Source: a virus (taxonomy: Duplodnaviria > Caudoviricetes). From it: 58,107 bases of DNA. Below are positions 44,065-53,194 of this stretch, one piece after another. Each line of letters starts with the position of its first letter. Position 1 is the stretch's first letter. The stretch is from IMG/VR virus record IMGVR_UViG_3300020021_000013, positions 1-58,107 of that record; one strand, written 5' to 3'. A program made the translations under genes and the position numbers. Below the pieces are notes generated by a model. The model ran no database searches and had not been told where the DNA came from. It saw nothing but the letters and a program-made list of their open reading frames with translations.

Positions 44065-44853
44065 TCACGTCCACTCGGGCAGGGCGTTGGACCGCAGACC
44101 CTTGTTGTAGACCTCGTTGGTGATGATCTGGGCGACCTGGGAGGACAGGTTGCCGGTGCGGGCGACGTTGCGGCCCCGCGCGTTGCCGAGCAGGGCATTC
44201 GGGCCGCCGGGCAGCGAGGAGAGACGCTTGGCGAGCAGGGTCAGGTTGACGTCCTGACCGTACCTGGCGAGCATCCGGCCGACTCCCTCAATGAGGGAGC
44301 CCTGCACGGCGGTGGGAATGTGGCCGTAGGCGACGGTCAGCACGGCGAGCGTGCCGTCAGCGGCCTCGGGGGAGCGGGCGTAGACGCGTTCCAGGCTGGC
44401 GATGGCCGACAGCCTGGATTCGGTGGCGGAGGCGCCGACCGCCCAGCCGTGGGCGGCGAGGAACCCGGCCAGGCGCACCGACGCAGGGTCCTGCTCGACA
44501 CAGGAGATGAGGAACTGGTCGACCCGGGAAACCTTCTCCGTCTTGTTGAGCAGGCGGAACAGGGCGGCCTCCTCGGGGATGGTCAGCCCCCGATACTCCA
44601 TCGTCTGGATCACGCCGAGGAAGGCGGCGGCCTCGGCGGCGCGGTAGCGGTGCTGCCCGTCGATGATGTGGATACGCTTCCCCTCACGCCGCGAGGTGGT
44701 CAGCACGCCGAGGGCGTCGGGGCGGAAGTCTCCCGCCATGGCGGTGACGCGGGCCTTGCGCAGGCTGCGCTGGACGTTGGGGTCGACCCACAGGTCGCCG
44801 ACCTTGCGCTCCTGCATCTGGTAGGTCACGCGGTCGGTCTTCGGGGTGGTCAT
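44065..44853 (-). CDS. ParB/Srx-fold protein (DUF6551-like)
   Basis: VDPNVQR, IIDGQHRYRA, EEAALF..LN. Confidence 0.78.
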   Translation of the reverse strand: MTTPKTDRVTYQMQERKVGDLWVDPNVQRSLRKARVTAMAGDFRPDALGVLTTSRREGKRIHIIDGQHRYRAAEAAAFLGVIQTMEYRGLTIPEEAALFRLLNKTEKVSRVDQFLISCVEQDPASVRLAGFLAAHGWAVGASATESRLSAIASLERVYARSPEAADGTLAVLTVAYGHIPTAVQGSLIEGVGRMLARYGQDVNLTLLAKRLSSLPGGPNALLGNARGRNVARTGNLSSQVAQIITNEVYNKGLRSNALPEWT

Positions 44854-44855
44854 GT

Positions 44856-45731
44856 CTAGCTGGTCTCCCGCATCTGGTTGATGATCTTCTCCATGTCCCG
44901 GCGTACGGCCTTGAGCCGGGCGTGCACCGGGCCGACCTGAACCCAGGTCAACTCGGCGTTGGGCGGCCCCAACTCGACGAGCCCGGCCACCAGCCCTTCC
45001 ATCTGCGGAAGGGCCTTGTTCCAGACGGTGATCTGCCGGGCGGCTTCTGCCGCCTCTGTCGGCTTCACCGGGCGCGGCTGGGATACGGGCGCTACCCGGC
45101 CGCTGACCACCCGCTGGTAGTTGGCCCAGATGGTGCTGACGCCCGCATCGATGTCGTTCAGCGACTCCAGGGCAAGCTCGCGCCTGCTCTCGGTGGCGTC
45201 GTAGGCCATGCTGTAGATGCGCCACAGCCGCCGCGCGCTGGTCTCGGACATTCCGAACGCGGGGGCGACGACGCCGAGCACGTAATCATCGGTGCTGCCC
45301 GCCCGGCCCGGCTTGCGCTTACCGGCCTGGGTCTGGCGACGTAGCTCCACACCGCGCCGACGGGCCTCGTCGGCGCGCTTCACGGCGGCCGGATCGTCGA
45401 GGCGGCGCAGCAGGTCCCAGAGGCGGCACATTTCGCTGGGCTTCCACGGCCGGGCCAGGTACTCGTCTTCGTTGTCGCCGAGCAGGCGCTTCGCGGCGTC
45501 TTCGATGGTGTCGACCATGACGTAGGGGATGCGCGGCATCTCCATCAGCTGATGGGCGAACAGGCGCCGCTGGCCGGAGATGAGCGTCCCGTCCGTCCAG
45601 AGGGTGATGGGGCGGCGCAGCCCTTCGTCGCGGATGCTCTGCGCAAGGGCCAGACAGCTGCCGTTTACGCGGTTGCGCAGCTTGGGGATGCGTACCGCCT
45701 CGGTACGCATCAACTGCTCGTGGGCGGTCAT
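44856..45731 (-). CDS. ParB N-terminal domain protein with HTH
   Basis: LAQSIRDEGLRRPI...LISGQRRL.A, EN...PSE, VAPAFGMSETS. Confidence 0.8.
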   Translation of the reverse strand: MTAHEQLMRTEAVRIPKLRNRVNGSCLALAQSIRDEGLRRPITLWTDGTLISGQRRLFAHQLMEMPRIPYVMVDTIEDAAKRLLGDNEDEYLARPWKPSEMCRLWDLLRRLDDPAAVKRADEARRRGVELRRQTQAGKRKPGRAGSTDDYVLGVVAPAFGMSETSARRLWRIYSMAYDATESRRELALESLNDIDAGVSTIWANYQRVVSGRVAPVSQPRPVKPTEAAEAARQITVWNKALPQMEGLVAGLVELGPPNAELTWVQVGPVHARLKAVRRDMEKIINQMRETS

Positions 45732-46045
45732 GAGACGGCGGTCAGTTCGCGGGTGTCGCCCGCCCAGTTAGCGTCGGACCAGGACCACATGCCGTTTCCG
45801 TCCCGCTTGCGCGTCTCGGCGATCCGGTCGGGCAGGGCGGCGCCGATGAAGGGCCGCTGGTCGGCTGGCCAGGGGGACGGCCGGTACGGCTCCGTGACGG
45901 CGCCGAACCGGTGACGGCCGGTCGCCGGGGCGGGGCGGCGGCGGGCGGCGGGATGATCCAGCCAGTCCCGGTAGATCAGGGCGGCGGTGACGGCGGCCAG
46001 GATCAGCAGGGCCACGGGCAGGGGAAGCACGACCGGGTTGAACAT
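45728..46045 (-). CDS. Membrane-anchored hypothetical protein
   Basis: N-terminal TM helix; GAGG RBS. Confidence 0.55.
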   Translation of the reverse strand: MFNPVVLPLPVALLILAAVTAALIYRDWLDHPAARRRPAPATGRHRFGAVTEPYRPSPWPADQRPFIGAALPDRIAETRKRDGNGMWSWSDANWAGDTRELTAVS

Positions 46046-46215
46046 CTCTCGGTCCTCTCGTTTCGGTTGACATCATCATGCACGGCGCGGTCAACGCTGT
46101 CAATCTGCGCGGGACAGTGCGTCCCGGCGGGTCGGCGCGATCGGCCGTAGCCGCCACAAGGTCACTGCTGTATGCTGCGGATTGACGCACCCCGGCAACA
46201 GACGCGAGGACAGAT

Positions 46216-46566
46216 ATGGCACCCAGCTACAAGCCGCTATGGCAGGAGGCGATCCGGGAGGTTGCACGGCTGCAAGCCGAGGTCGAGAGGCTGCGGCGTG
46301 CCGTCCTGGCCAGCCCCGACGAAAACCTGCGCGAACTGGAACGGACCAGGCAGATCGTCGACCTGGCCGGAATCGCCCGGCACATGCGCGTCGACCGGCG
46401 GTACACGCCTCAGCAGTGGAAGCAGCGCGGACACCTGCCGCCGACCGACTTCCCCGAAATCAAGGAACCGCTCTGGTACGCCAGCACCATCCGGGAGCAG
46501 TTCGTCATTCCGACCCGCCGGGTCTGGTACGACCATCCCGAGACGGACCTGTCGCACGCCGCATGA
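46216..46566 (+). CDS. HTH DNA-binding protein (candidate regulator)
   Basis: Coiled coil then VDLAGIARHMRV...QQWKQRGHLP...PLW; sits at the main strand switch. Confidence 0.7.
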   Translation: MAPSYKPLWQEAIREVARLQAEVERLRRAVLASPDENLRELERTRQIVDLAGIARHMRVDRRYTPQQWKQRGHLPPTDFPEIKEPLWYASTIREQFVIPTRRVWYDHPETDLSHAA

Positions 46567-46713
46567 CGGGTGCACAATAGGCAACGCCCCGGGGCTGACA
46601 CCCCGAGGCGTTGAAAGCACTTACCCGATCCACTCAACTCTTCGCACCCACGAGTCTACCGACGCCATACAGGCACGGCAACTCCGCAGGGTGCCCTATC
46701 TGAAAGAGGCACC

Positions 46714-47130
46714 ATGCAGCAGCAGCACCGCAGGTCGGGCCGGTACCTCATTGACCAGCCCAGCAATCTCGGCCACCTCGCCAGCCCGCCCGTTGGTAAC
46801 GAGGTGTGGACCACGGACGAAGGATGGTCCGGAGGTGCCGAATGGGTCCGGCCGCGCGGAGTGAGGACTTCCTTCGTCGTTTACTACCTCGAACGCGCCG
46901 ACGGCCGTATCAAGATCGGTTGCACCGGCAACTACTCCGGGCGCCGCGCTCAGCTTCTTAAGCAGCACGGGGCACTCTCCCTGGTCGCCTGGGAGGAGGG
47001 GGACAACGAGCTTGAGTTTTCGCGGCACAGGCAGTTCGCCGAGCTGCGCGTCAACCTCATCGCCGAATGGTTCGAGCCGGGCCCGGCGCTCATCGACTGG
47101 ATCCTGAACATCCGGGCGCTGATCGCATGA
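46714..47130 (+). CDS. GIY-YIG / T5orf172-like protein (second copy)
   Basis: VVYYL...IKIGCT...R...E..RHRQF...EWF. Confidence 0.75.
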   Translation: MQQQHRRSGRYLIDQPSNLGHLASPPVGNEVWTTDEGWSGGAEWVRPRGVRTSFVVYYLERADGRIKIGCTGNYSGRRAQLLKQHGALSLVAWEEGDNELEFSRHRQFAELRVNLIAEWFEPGPALIDWILNIRALIA

Positions 47131-48017
47131 GCACGATCAGGCGCGGCGCGCTGCCATCGGACCACTTCACGATCATCTCCAATGCTTGGCTCCGTGATGA
47201 GCGGCTGCCGTGGGCGGCGCGCGGCCTGCTCGCCTGGATGGCCAGCCACACCGACGGCTACGACATCACCGAGGACGCCATCGTGGCCGCCGGACCTTCG
47301 GGCCGCGCTGCCGTCAAGGTCATGATCCTGGCGCTACAGGAGGCCGGGTACCTGAGGCGCGAACGGACCTCACTCATCACGGGCGGATCGACCGTGGACT
47401 ACATCCTGACCGACCCAGAATCCGATTTTCGTACCCTCCCGAGGGTACGAAAATCGGACCCTCGGGCTGACCAGGGAGAACAGGCTCCCGAAGACGAGAA
47501 TCCCCAGGTCAGCCCGAACGTTGGAAAATCGAACCCTCGTTCCTTGCTAGAAGAACAAGAGAAGACCAATGAAAAGACTTCGTCTTTTCGGGAGGTCGTG
47601 GTCGGAGAGATCGTCAGCGACGACGGAGCCCTCTTCTCCGCTCCCGTCGGTGCTGCTCTTGAAGTCGCCCAGTCGCCTAACGCGGGACAGCTCACGCGCC
47701 GGTGGATCGACTACTGCGCCGAGAAGGACGTCAAACTCACCACCTCGGTAATCAAGCGGTACGGGGCCAGCGTCCGGCAGGCCCTCGCCGACGGGTTCGC
47801 CGACGCCCTGATCCGGCGCGCCCTCGCCGCGATGCTGGCCGACCGGGTAGCCAGCAGGCCCGCCCTGTTCGACAGCTACCTGATCCGGGTGCAGCAGGGG
47901 CCGGAGATGCCCCCAGCCCGACTCACCGCCCACCAGGCCGACGCCGAGCGTCGCGCCGCCGAAGCTGGCACTACCGCCGCCGCCCGCCTCTACGACACCT
48001 TGACGAGGGACGCATGA
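47127..48017 (+). CDS. Replication initiator (HTH, lambda-O-like organisation)
   Basis: FTIISNAWLRDERL...ARGLL...L..AGYL; internal repeats; followed by a loader-like gene. Confidence 0.75.
   Translation: MSTIRRGALPSDHFTIISNAWLRDERLPWAARGLLAWMASHTDGYDITEDAIVAAGPSGRAAVKVMILALQEAGYLRRERTSLITGGSTVDYILTDPESDFRTLPRVRKSDPRADQGEQAPEDENPQVSPNVGKSNPRSLLEEQEKTNEKTSSFREVVVGEIVSDDGALFSAPVGAALEVAQSPNAGQLTRRWIDYCAEKDVKLTTSVIKRYGASVRQALADGFADALIRRALAAMLADRVASRPALFDSYLIRVQQGPEMPPARLTAHQADAERRAAEAGTTAAARLYDTLTRDA
47421..47590. other. Putative replication origin inside the initiator gene
   Basis: 18-bp perfect inverted repeat 47421-47458; GAAAATCGRACCCTCG at 47449 and 47524; A-rich tract about 47550-47590. 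Confidence 0.65.
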
Positions 48018-48547
48018 CACCCGAAGAAGTTACCGAGCTGATCGACGTTTGTGCCGCCGCCTACCGGCAGCAGGCCGACCCTCGCGACCAGATGATCTGG
48101 TCTGCCGCCCTCGGTGACCTGCCGTTCAGCCTGGCACGGCGAGCTGTCGTCGAATGGATTCGCACCTCGCCGTACTGGCCGCGCCCGGCCGACCTGCGCG
48201 AGCGGGCACGGCTGATCGCCGCGCAGGACGCCCGGGAGAAGTCCAAGAGGGGGCAGATCGAGGCCAGGAGTGACGCGCCCGTAGTGGCCGGGCGCACCGG
48301 CGCAGACATGGTGCGGCACGTCTTGGGGCGGCTGAAGGATGCGGGCTCCGACCCGGAAGCCGGGAAGTTCCTTGGCGTGCAGAGGTGCGGCGACATCGCC
48401 GAGGAGGCCGTGCACGAGTGGCTTCGGCGCACTGCGCAGCAGTCCAGGCCGGGTGAAACCCTGCGGAGCCACGGGGGCGGACCGAATCGGCTGTACAGCG
48501 ACACGCAGGCCACGGCCGGTACGCACAATCCGGACCCGACTGCTTGA
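48014..48547 (+). CDS. Helicase loader/inhibitor-like protein (G39P-like N-terminus)
   Basis: MTPEEV..LI...W...L.DL....A..AV......P.PADLR. Confidence 0.65.
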   Translation: MTPEEVTELIDVCAAAYRQQADPRDQMIWSAALGDLPFSLARRAVVEWIRTSPYWPRPADLRERARLIAAQDAREKSKRGQIEARSDAPVVAGRTGADMVRHVLGRLKDAGSDPEAGKFLGVQRCGDIAEEAVHEWLRRTAQQSRPGETLRSHGGGPNRLYSDTQATAGTHNPDPTA

Positions 48548-48563
48548 CGGCTTGCCCCCCTCG

Positions 48564-48582
48564 TGTATGCTGTGCATAGACA
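48564..48582 (+). promoter_or_regulatory. Promoter/operator motif upstream of erf
   Basis: TGTATGCT GTGCA TAGACA; TTGACG upstream. Confidence 0.7.
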
Positions 48583-48603
48583 GTCAACCGAGGGAGTACG
48601 CAC

Positions 48604-49560
48604 ATGGGAATCGAAATCGTCCGTCCGGCACCGGCCGCCACCCTGGCATCGGCCCTGGCAGCGTTCCAGGCCGAGCTGCCGAAAATCCGCAAGGACGAAA
48701 CCGCCAAGGTCACCGGCGAGAGCAAGAGCGGCGCGAAGGTCAACTACTCGTACGGCTACGCCGGACTGGACACCGTCGTCGACACCGTCCTGCCGGTCCT
48801 CGGCAAACACGGCCTGTCCATCACGGCAAAGTCCACGTTCGCCGACAGCAACTTCATGCTTGAGGTGTCGCTGCTGCACGAGAGCGGCGAGCGGGAGACC
48901 GGCTACTGGCCACTCCCGGACCCCCGGCGGGTCGGGCCGCAGGATCTCGGGTCGGCCTACACCTACGGCCGCCGGTACCTGACCCTCGCGCTGACCGGCA
49001 CTTTCCCGGGCGGCGAAGACGACGACGGGCAGAAGGCCCAGCAGTCCTCCCGCGACTCGTGGGAGGACGCCAAGCCCCGCCAGCGGCCCGCCGAGGACCG
49101 GCAGGCGCAGGCCGGGCAGGAACCGCAGGCCATCCCCTCACCGGCGCCCGCGAAGACCGCCTGGACCGACGCGGAGGTCGCAAGCTTCATGACGCCGATG
49201 CCGACCGCACCGGTGGAGAAGGTCGTCAAGGTATACGACTGGATGGCCAGCAAGAAGCTGCACAACCGCGAGGTCGTCGGCGTTCTCGGCGGCGTCATCG
49301 GCGACGGCGTGAAGGTCACTGCGACCGTCGTGGTGGCGCATCGGCTGGCCAGCGCCGCGCTGGAACATGACGCCACGGTGGGCGGCATCGCCGACATCCG
49401 CAACATGGCCGCCGACCGGGGCCTGCTGAAGATTCAGCTCTCCGAGACGGAAACCTTGGAGCAGGCGCTGCACGAGGCCCGCGACCTGGCCGCACACGAG
49501 GAGGAGACCGTCCTCGGCGCCGAGTCGGACGGGACGGACTTCCACCAGGGCGGCGTGTGA
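48604..49560 (+). CDS. erf: ERF-family ssDNA annealing protein
   Basis: ALAAFQAE, Y.YA.LD, L.HESGE, PQDLGSAYTYGRRY, EDDDG. Confidence 0.92.
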   Translation: MGIEIVRPAPAATLASALAAFQAELPKIRKDETAKVTGESKSGAKVNYSYGYAGLDTVVDTVLPVLGKHGLSITAKSTFADSNFMLEVSLLHESGERETGYWPLPDPRRVGPQDLGSAYTYGRRYLTLALTGTFPGGEDDDGQKAQQSSRDSWEDAKPRQRPAEDRQAQAGQEPQAIPSPAPAKTAWTDAEVASFMTPMPTAPVEKVVKVYDWMASKKLHNREVVGVLGGVIGDGVKVTATVVVAHRLASAALEHDATVGGIADIRNMAADRGLLKIQLSETETLEQALHEARDLAAHEEETVLGAESDGTDFHQGGV

Positions 49561-49772
49561 TGCAGGCCAGCACGGAACTGTTCTTGATGTTCGAGCGGGC
49601 CGGTTTCAAGCTGGCCCGCTCCAAGAAACACGCCATCTGGAACTGCCCTTGCGGGCACACCCAGATAACCGCCCCGACCACCCCCGGCAAGGGACACGCA
49701 AGAGGCAACGCGCAGGGCGAGATCGCCCGCACCCTGCGCACCTGCAACCAACGACTGAGGGAGTGCGCATGA
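49557..49772 (+). CDS. HicA-like small protein
   Basis: GF.L.R.KKHAIW..P.G..IT...TP pattern; no HicB seen. Confidence 0.45.
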   Translation: MMQASTELFLMFERAGFKLARSKKHAIWNCPCGHTQITAPTTPGKGHARGNAQGEIARTLRTCNQRLRECA

Positions 49773-50338
49773 CCCACCCGACGCTGACCGAGGCGGAGAA
49801 GCTCGCCGCGCTGGAGACGTACATCAAGACACTCAAGACGATGGCGGACGGGATGCGCGCCAGGGTCACCGAGGACATGGGGGTGCGGCGTGTGGAGCGC
49901 GTCGGCGCCTACCTGCCCGGCGGCGTCAAGATGGCGTCGGTCGGCTACTCGGAAGGCCGGAAGACGGCGAAGGTGGTCGACGCGGCGGCGGCGCTGCGCT
50001 GGTGCCGGGTCGCGTATCCCGACGAGATCGTCCAGGCAGTCAACCCGGCCTTCTTGAAGGCGCTCACCGACTTTGCGCAGAAGACATCTCAGGTCGGGGA
50101 GCCGGGCATCGACCCGCGCACAGGCGAGGTGCTCGACTTCATCGAGGTTCAGCGGGGTGGCGCGTTCGTCACGGTCACCACCACGCCGGAGGGTGTCGGC
50201 CGCATGGAGGCGCTGGCCAACGGCTTCTCCGGGATGCTGGAGGGCGCGACGGACGAGAACGCCGTGCCGCCCGCCGGTCACACCACCGTTCCCGGTGACA
50301 CGGTCACGTGGAACGACCCGACCGTCACACTTACCTGA
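49769..50338 (+). CDS. Hypothetical phage protein (recombination module)
   Basis: 189 aa; DPRTGEV motif. Confidence 0.6.
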   Translation: MTHPTLTEAEKLAALETYIKTLKTMADGMRARVTEDMGVRRVERVGAYLPGGVKMASVGYSEGRKTAKVVDAAAALRWCRVAYPDEIVQAVNPAFLKALTDFAQKTSQVGEPGIDPRTGEVLDFIEVQRGGAFVTVTTTPEGVGRMEALANGFSGMLEGATDENAVPPAGHTTVPGDTVTWNDPTVTLT

Positions 50339-50421
50339 TCTAGCGGAGGTCGGCAGGCCGTTCCAACTGCGGCGGCTTGCCGACTGCGGCCCGGCCCGGC
50401 GGGTTCCGCGCACCGGGATTC

Positions 50422-50488
50422 GGGGCTGGAGGGCTGGTGCCCGGCGGGGCTTAACCCGAGGCGGTCGGTTCGATTCCGGCCATCCCCA
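50422..50488 (+). tRNA. tRNA-like RNA with short D loop and 6-nt anticodon loop GCTTAA
   Basis: GGGGCTG/CATCCCC-A (one mismatch), GGGC/GCCC, CGGG/CCCG, GTCGG-TTCGATT-CCGGC. Confidence 0.55.
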
Positions 50489-50518
50489 CACACGTTTTCG
50501 ATCTTGGAGGAGAAGGAC

Positions 50519-50851
50519 ATGAACAACATTCGCACCGCCATCGTGTGCAGCTTGGGGGCGGTGGCCACGGCCGCGCTGATCGCCTGCGGCGGCGGCGCCA
50601 CCCCGACGCCAACCAGCCCACCCCCGACCAGTCCGGCGCCCAGCACCACACCCGTCCACACCACGCCAGCAACCACCCGGCCGACGCCGACCAGCACAAC
50701 CCCCACGCCCGATTCCCCGGCGGCCACAAGCCCACCACCGATCATCGCGGCACATTCAGATGGGCGGCAGTGCGCCGACGGCACCTGGTCGAACGCGCTA
50801 GGCCGGGGCGCCTGCTCGCACCACGGCGGCGTTCGTAAGGCCGGTCTCTAA
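50519..50851 (+). CDS. Lipoprotein with Pro/Thr linker and DUF3761-like domain
   Basis: Lipobox LIAC; C.DGTWS....RGACSHHGGV. Confidence 0.78.
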   Translation: MNNIRTAIVCSLGAVATAALIACGGGATPTPTSPPPTSPAPSTTPVHTTPATTRPTPTSTTPTPDSPAATSPPPIIAAHSDGRQCADGTWSNALGRGACSHHGGVRKAGL

Positions 50852-51036
50852 TGCAGGAAGACAAGCTGCTGCACGCCGAACGGCTCAGGCTTGAAGCGCT
50901 CGCGCAGGCGATCGTGTCCAGCGGGGCCGCCGCCGGGCGCGTCCAGACCACCACCGACATCCTGCACCGGGCGGCAGCGTTCGAGGGGTACATCATCTCG
51001 GGAGCGCTGCTCCCGAAGGAAGGACCGCGCCGGTAA
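50851..51036 (+). CDS. Hypothetical protein
   Basis: 61 aa, coupled to upstream stop. Confidence 0.5.
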   Translation: MQEDKLLHAERLRLEALAQAIVSSGAAAGRVQTTTDILHRAAAFEGYIISGALLPKEGPRR

Positions 51037-51046
51037 CCTGGCCCGT

Positions 51047-51340
51047 ATGCAGCTCGCGCAGCTCGCCCGAGACCTCGGGTACGCCGTCCGTTCCTCCTTC
51101 GCGGTCACGCCGAAAGGCGCGGCGGGGGAGGAACGGCTTGACGCGTACTGGACTACCACCGGCGAGGGGGCCGGGAAGATCCAGTGGGAGGCGCCTTGCG
51201 CGTTCTGCCGTTGCTTGACCGAGCTGGGTAAGTACGTCAAGCCCGAACAGCTCAAGGGGCACTGCGCCCGGCTGGAGAAGCGGGCCACCGGCCATAGGCC
51301 GAACGCGGGGAACTCCAAGACCCGACACTGCCCTTGCTAG
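51047..51340 (+). CDS. Cys/His-rich small protein
   Basis: L..YW...GEGA.KI.W...F.RC...L.KY...G.CA.L pattern, which I associate with actinophage head proteins. Confidence 0.55.
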   Translation: MQLAQLARDLGYAVRSSFAVTPKGAAGEERLDAYWTTTGEGAGKIQWEAPCAFCRCLTELGKYVKPEQLKGHCARLEKRATGHRPNAGNSKTRHCPC

Positions 51341-51433
51341 AAGTGAGCGGATCGTAGTTGCCGTGCCGTTCGATTCGGTCAGCGCCCCTGCCGGGTGTGC
51401 ACAACCTGGCAGGGGCGTCTCTGGATCCGATGG

Positions 51434-51452
51434 TGTACGCTTAAGGCAGACA
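51434..51452 (+). promoter_or_regulatory. Promoter/operator motif
   Basis: TGTACGCT TAAGG CAGACA followed by GAGGAG RBS. Confidence 0.7.
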
Positions 51453-51835
51453 CGAGGAGATGGGCAGGATGGACACACAGCAGCGGCTCAATATCTACGG
51501 CACCATGGACCGCATGACCGCCCGGCAGCGACGGCGCACCATCAAAGAAGGCCGGAACCGACCCGAACGCCCTCGTCCTGCGCGACGAGGGCATGGGCTA
51601 CTCTCGTCCGCCCTCCAGGGCTTCCGCGAGCTGGCCCAGGTCCGCAGGGCGGCCTGATGGCGTACACGACGCAGGGCCTGATGACCCCGGCCGACATCGC
51701 CGACCACGAGGCACTGACCGACACCGGCCGCAACCCGGAGTGCCCCGGCCACGACGACGACCCCGTAGGCCAGTACGGAGGCCGCTACTACTGCCGCCGG
51801 GCGGAGGACTGCCCGTACGAGGAAGGCGTCATGCC

Positions 51836-52270
51836 GTGAAGTTCGAGGCGGCTAAGGCGATCGCCCAGGCCCGCTCGTGGTCTACGTGCGAGGGCTGCGG
51901 CGCCTCCGCCAGCTCTCTCGACCCGCACCACAGGATGACGCGCGGCTCTGGCGGCGTGCACGGGGCGGCGGCCGACGTCTCCAACGATCCCCGCAACCTG
52001 CTGATGTTGTGCCGGGTCTGTCACGATCGGACGCTGGCCGACGCCGGGCCGTGTATCGAGTTGGGCTGGGTGGTCGAACGCCGGTCCGGGGTCAGCCCGT
52101 ACGGCGTCCCCGCGAAGATCCACACCGTGAACGGCTACGGCTGGTGGTACCTGACCGAGGACGGCGGGTACGACTGGGCCGACGAGCACAACCTCCGCGA
52201 CGCCCTCGCCAGCGGCACGGCGATGCTAGAAAACCCCGACGATTCAAGCCTGAAAGAAGGCACGTCATGA
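51836..52270 (+). CDS. HNH endonuclease-like protein
   Basis: CEGC...PHHR..R..GG...N...LCRVCH. Confidence 0.75.
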   Translation: MKFEAAKAIAQARSWSTCEGCGASASSLDPHHRMTRGSGGVHGAAADVSNDPRNLLMLCRVCHDRTLADAGPCIELGWVVERRSGVSPYGVPAKIHTVNGYGWWYLTEDGGYDWADEHNLRDALASGTAMLENPDDSSLKEGTS

Positions 52271-52698
52271 ACTTCGGCTCCTCAGAGCATGCCGAATCCA
52301 TCACCCAGGGCCGCCACGAGGGCGTCAGGGACGCCCTCCAGTGGCTCGCCTTCGCCCACCTGCCGTCCACGCTCCAGGGATACTCGGAGCCGTTCTACAC
52401 GGCCGCCGTGGAGCTGATCAGCCGCATCGGCACCGATTCCCCCGAGCTGACCACAGCCCTGAACAGGCTCGTCACAGCGAAGGACTCCGCCGTCCGGGCC
52501 GGTATCCGCCACGACACCGGACGGGCAGGATCGATTCCCCGGCCACAGTCGGTCGTCGACCCCCCGACCGACTGGGCGAAGACCGCACGCGACCTGACCT
52601 CCGGCGACCAGGACCTGATCGACGAGCATCTCGGAGTGGTCGACAACCGGATCGGACCGAACTTCGGCCACCCGATCCAGGACCGGCCGCAGGCATGA
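52267..52698 (+). CDS. Conserved small helical phage protein
   Basis: F.HLP..LQ..S.PF...PELT.AL..L..AKD.AVRA. Confidence 0.65.
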   Translation: MNFGSSEHAESITQGRHEGVRDALQWLAFAHLPSTLQGYSEPFYTAAVELISRIGTDSPELTTALNRLVTAKDSAVRAGIRHDTGRAGSIPRPQSVVDPPTDWAKTARDLTSGDQDLIDEHLGVVDNRIGPNFGHPIQDRPQA

Positions 52699-53072
52699 GC
52701 ATGGACCGCTACCACCTGGTGAAGAACGGCAAGATCGACGAATCGTTCTCCCTCCTGCCCGACGAGGAGGTCTCCGACGGCCACCACACCTTCGGCGAGC
52801 TGTACGACCACCGGCGCGCCCTCACAGCCGCCCTGGCAGCCGAACGGCTCGACATCTCCTGGCGGTCCCAGAAGCACCACCCCGACGACGACCCCATGTT
52901 CGAGGGCTACTTCATCGTCGGAATCGACCTGCCGAACGGCACGATCACCTACCACTACAAGCTGTCGCACTGGGATGACTTCACTGTGGTGTCAGAGCTG
53001 CCGCACGCGCCCAAGTGGGACGGTGCGCCACCGTCCGAGACGGTGGTCCGGCTCCTGGAGTGGGCGAAGTAG
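52695..53072 (+). CDS. WDGH-type conserved phage protein
   Basis: SDGHHTFGELYDHR, W.S..H, ITYHY, APKWDG. Confidence 0.7.
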   Translation: MSMDRYHLVKNGKIDESFSLLPDEEVSDGHHTFGELYDHRRALTAALAAERLDISWRSQKHHPDDDPMFEGYFIVGIDLPNGTITYHYKLSHWDDFTVVSELPHAPKWDGAPPSETVVRLLEWAK

Positions 53073-53194
53073 TGAACAGCCGAGGGCGCCGGGCTCAGGC
53101 ACGTGCTGACGCCCGGCGCATCGCCAACACTCGGCGGGAGCTGGCCGAAAAGGCGGCCCGGGAAGCACGGCGCAAGATCAAAAACAAGGCGGAG

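Noticed and set aside
49557-49772. Complete HicAB toxin-antitoxin module
   Set aside because: HicA resemblance is modest and no HicB-like neighbour is visible
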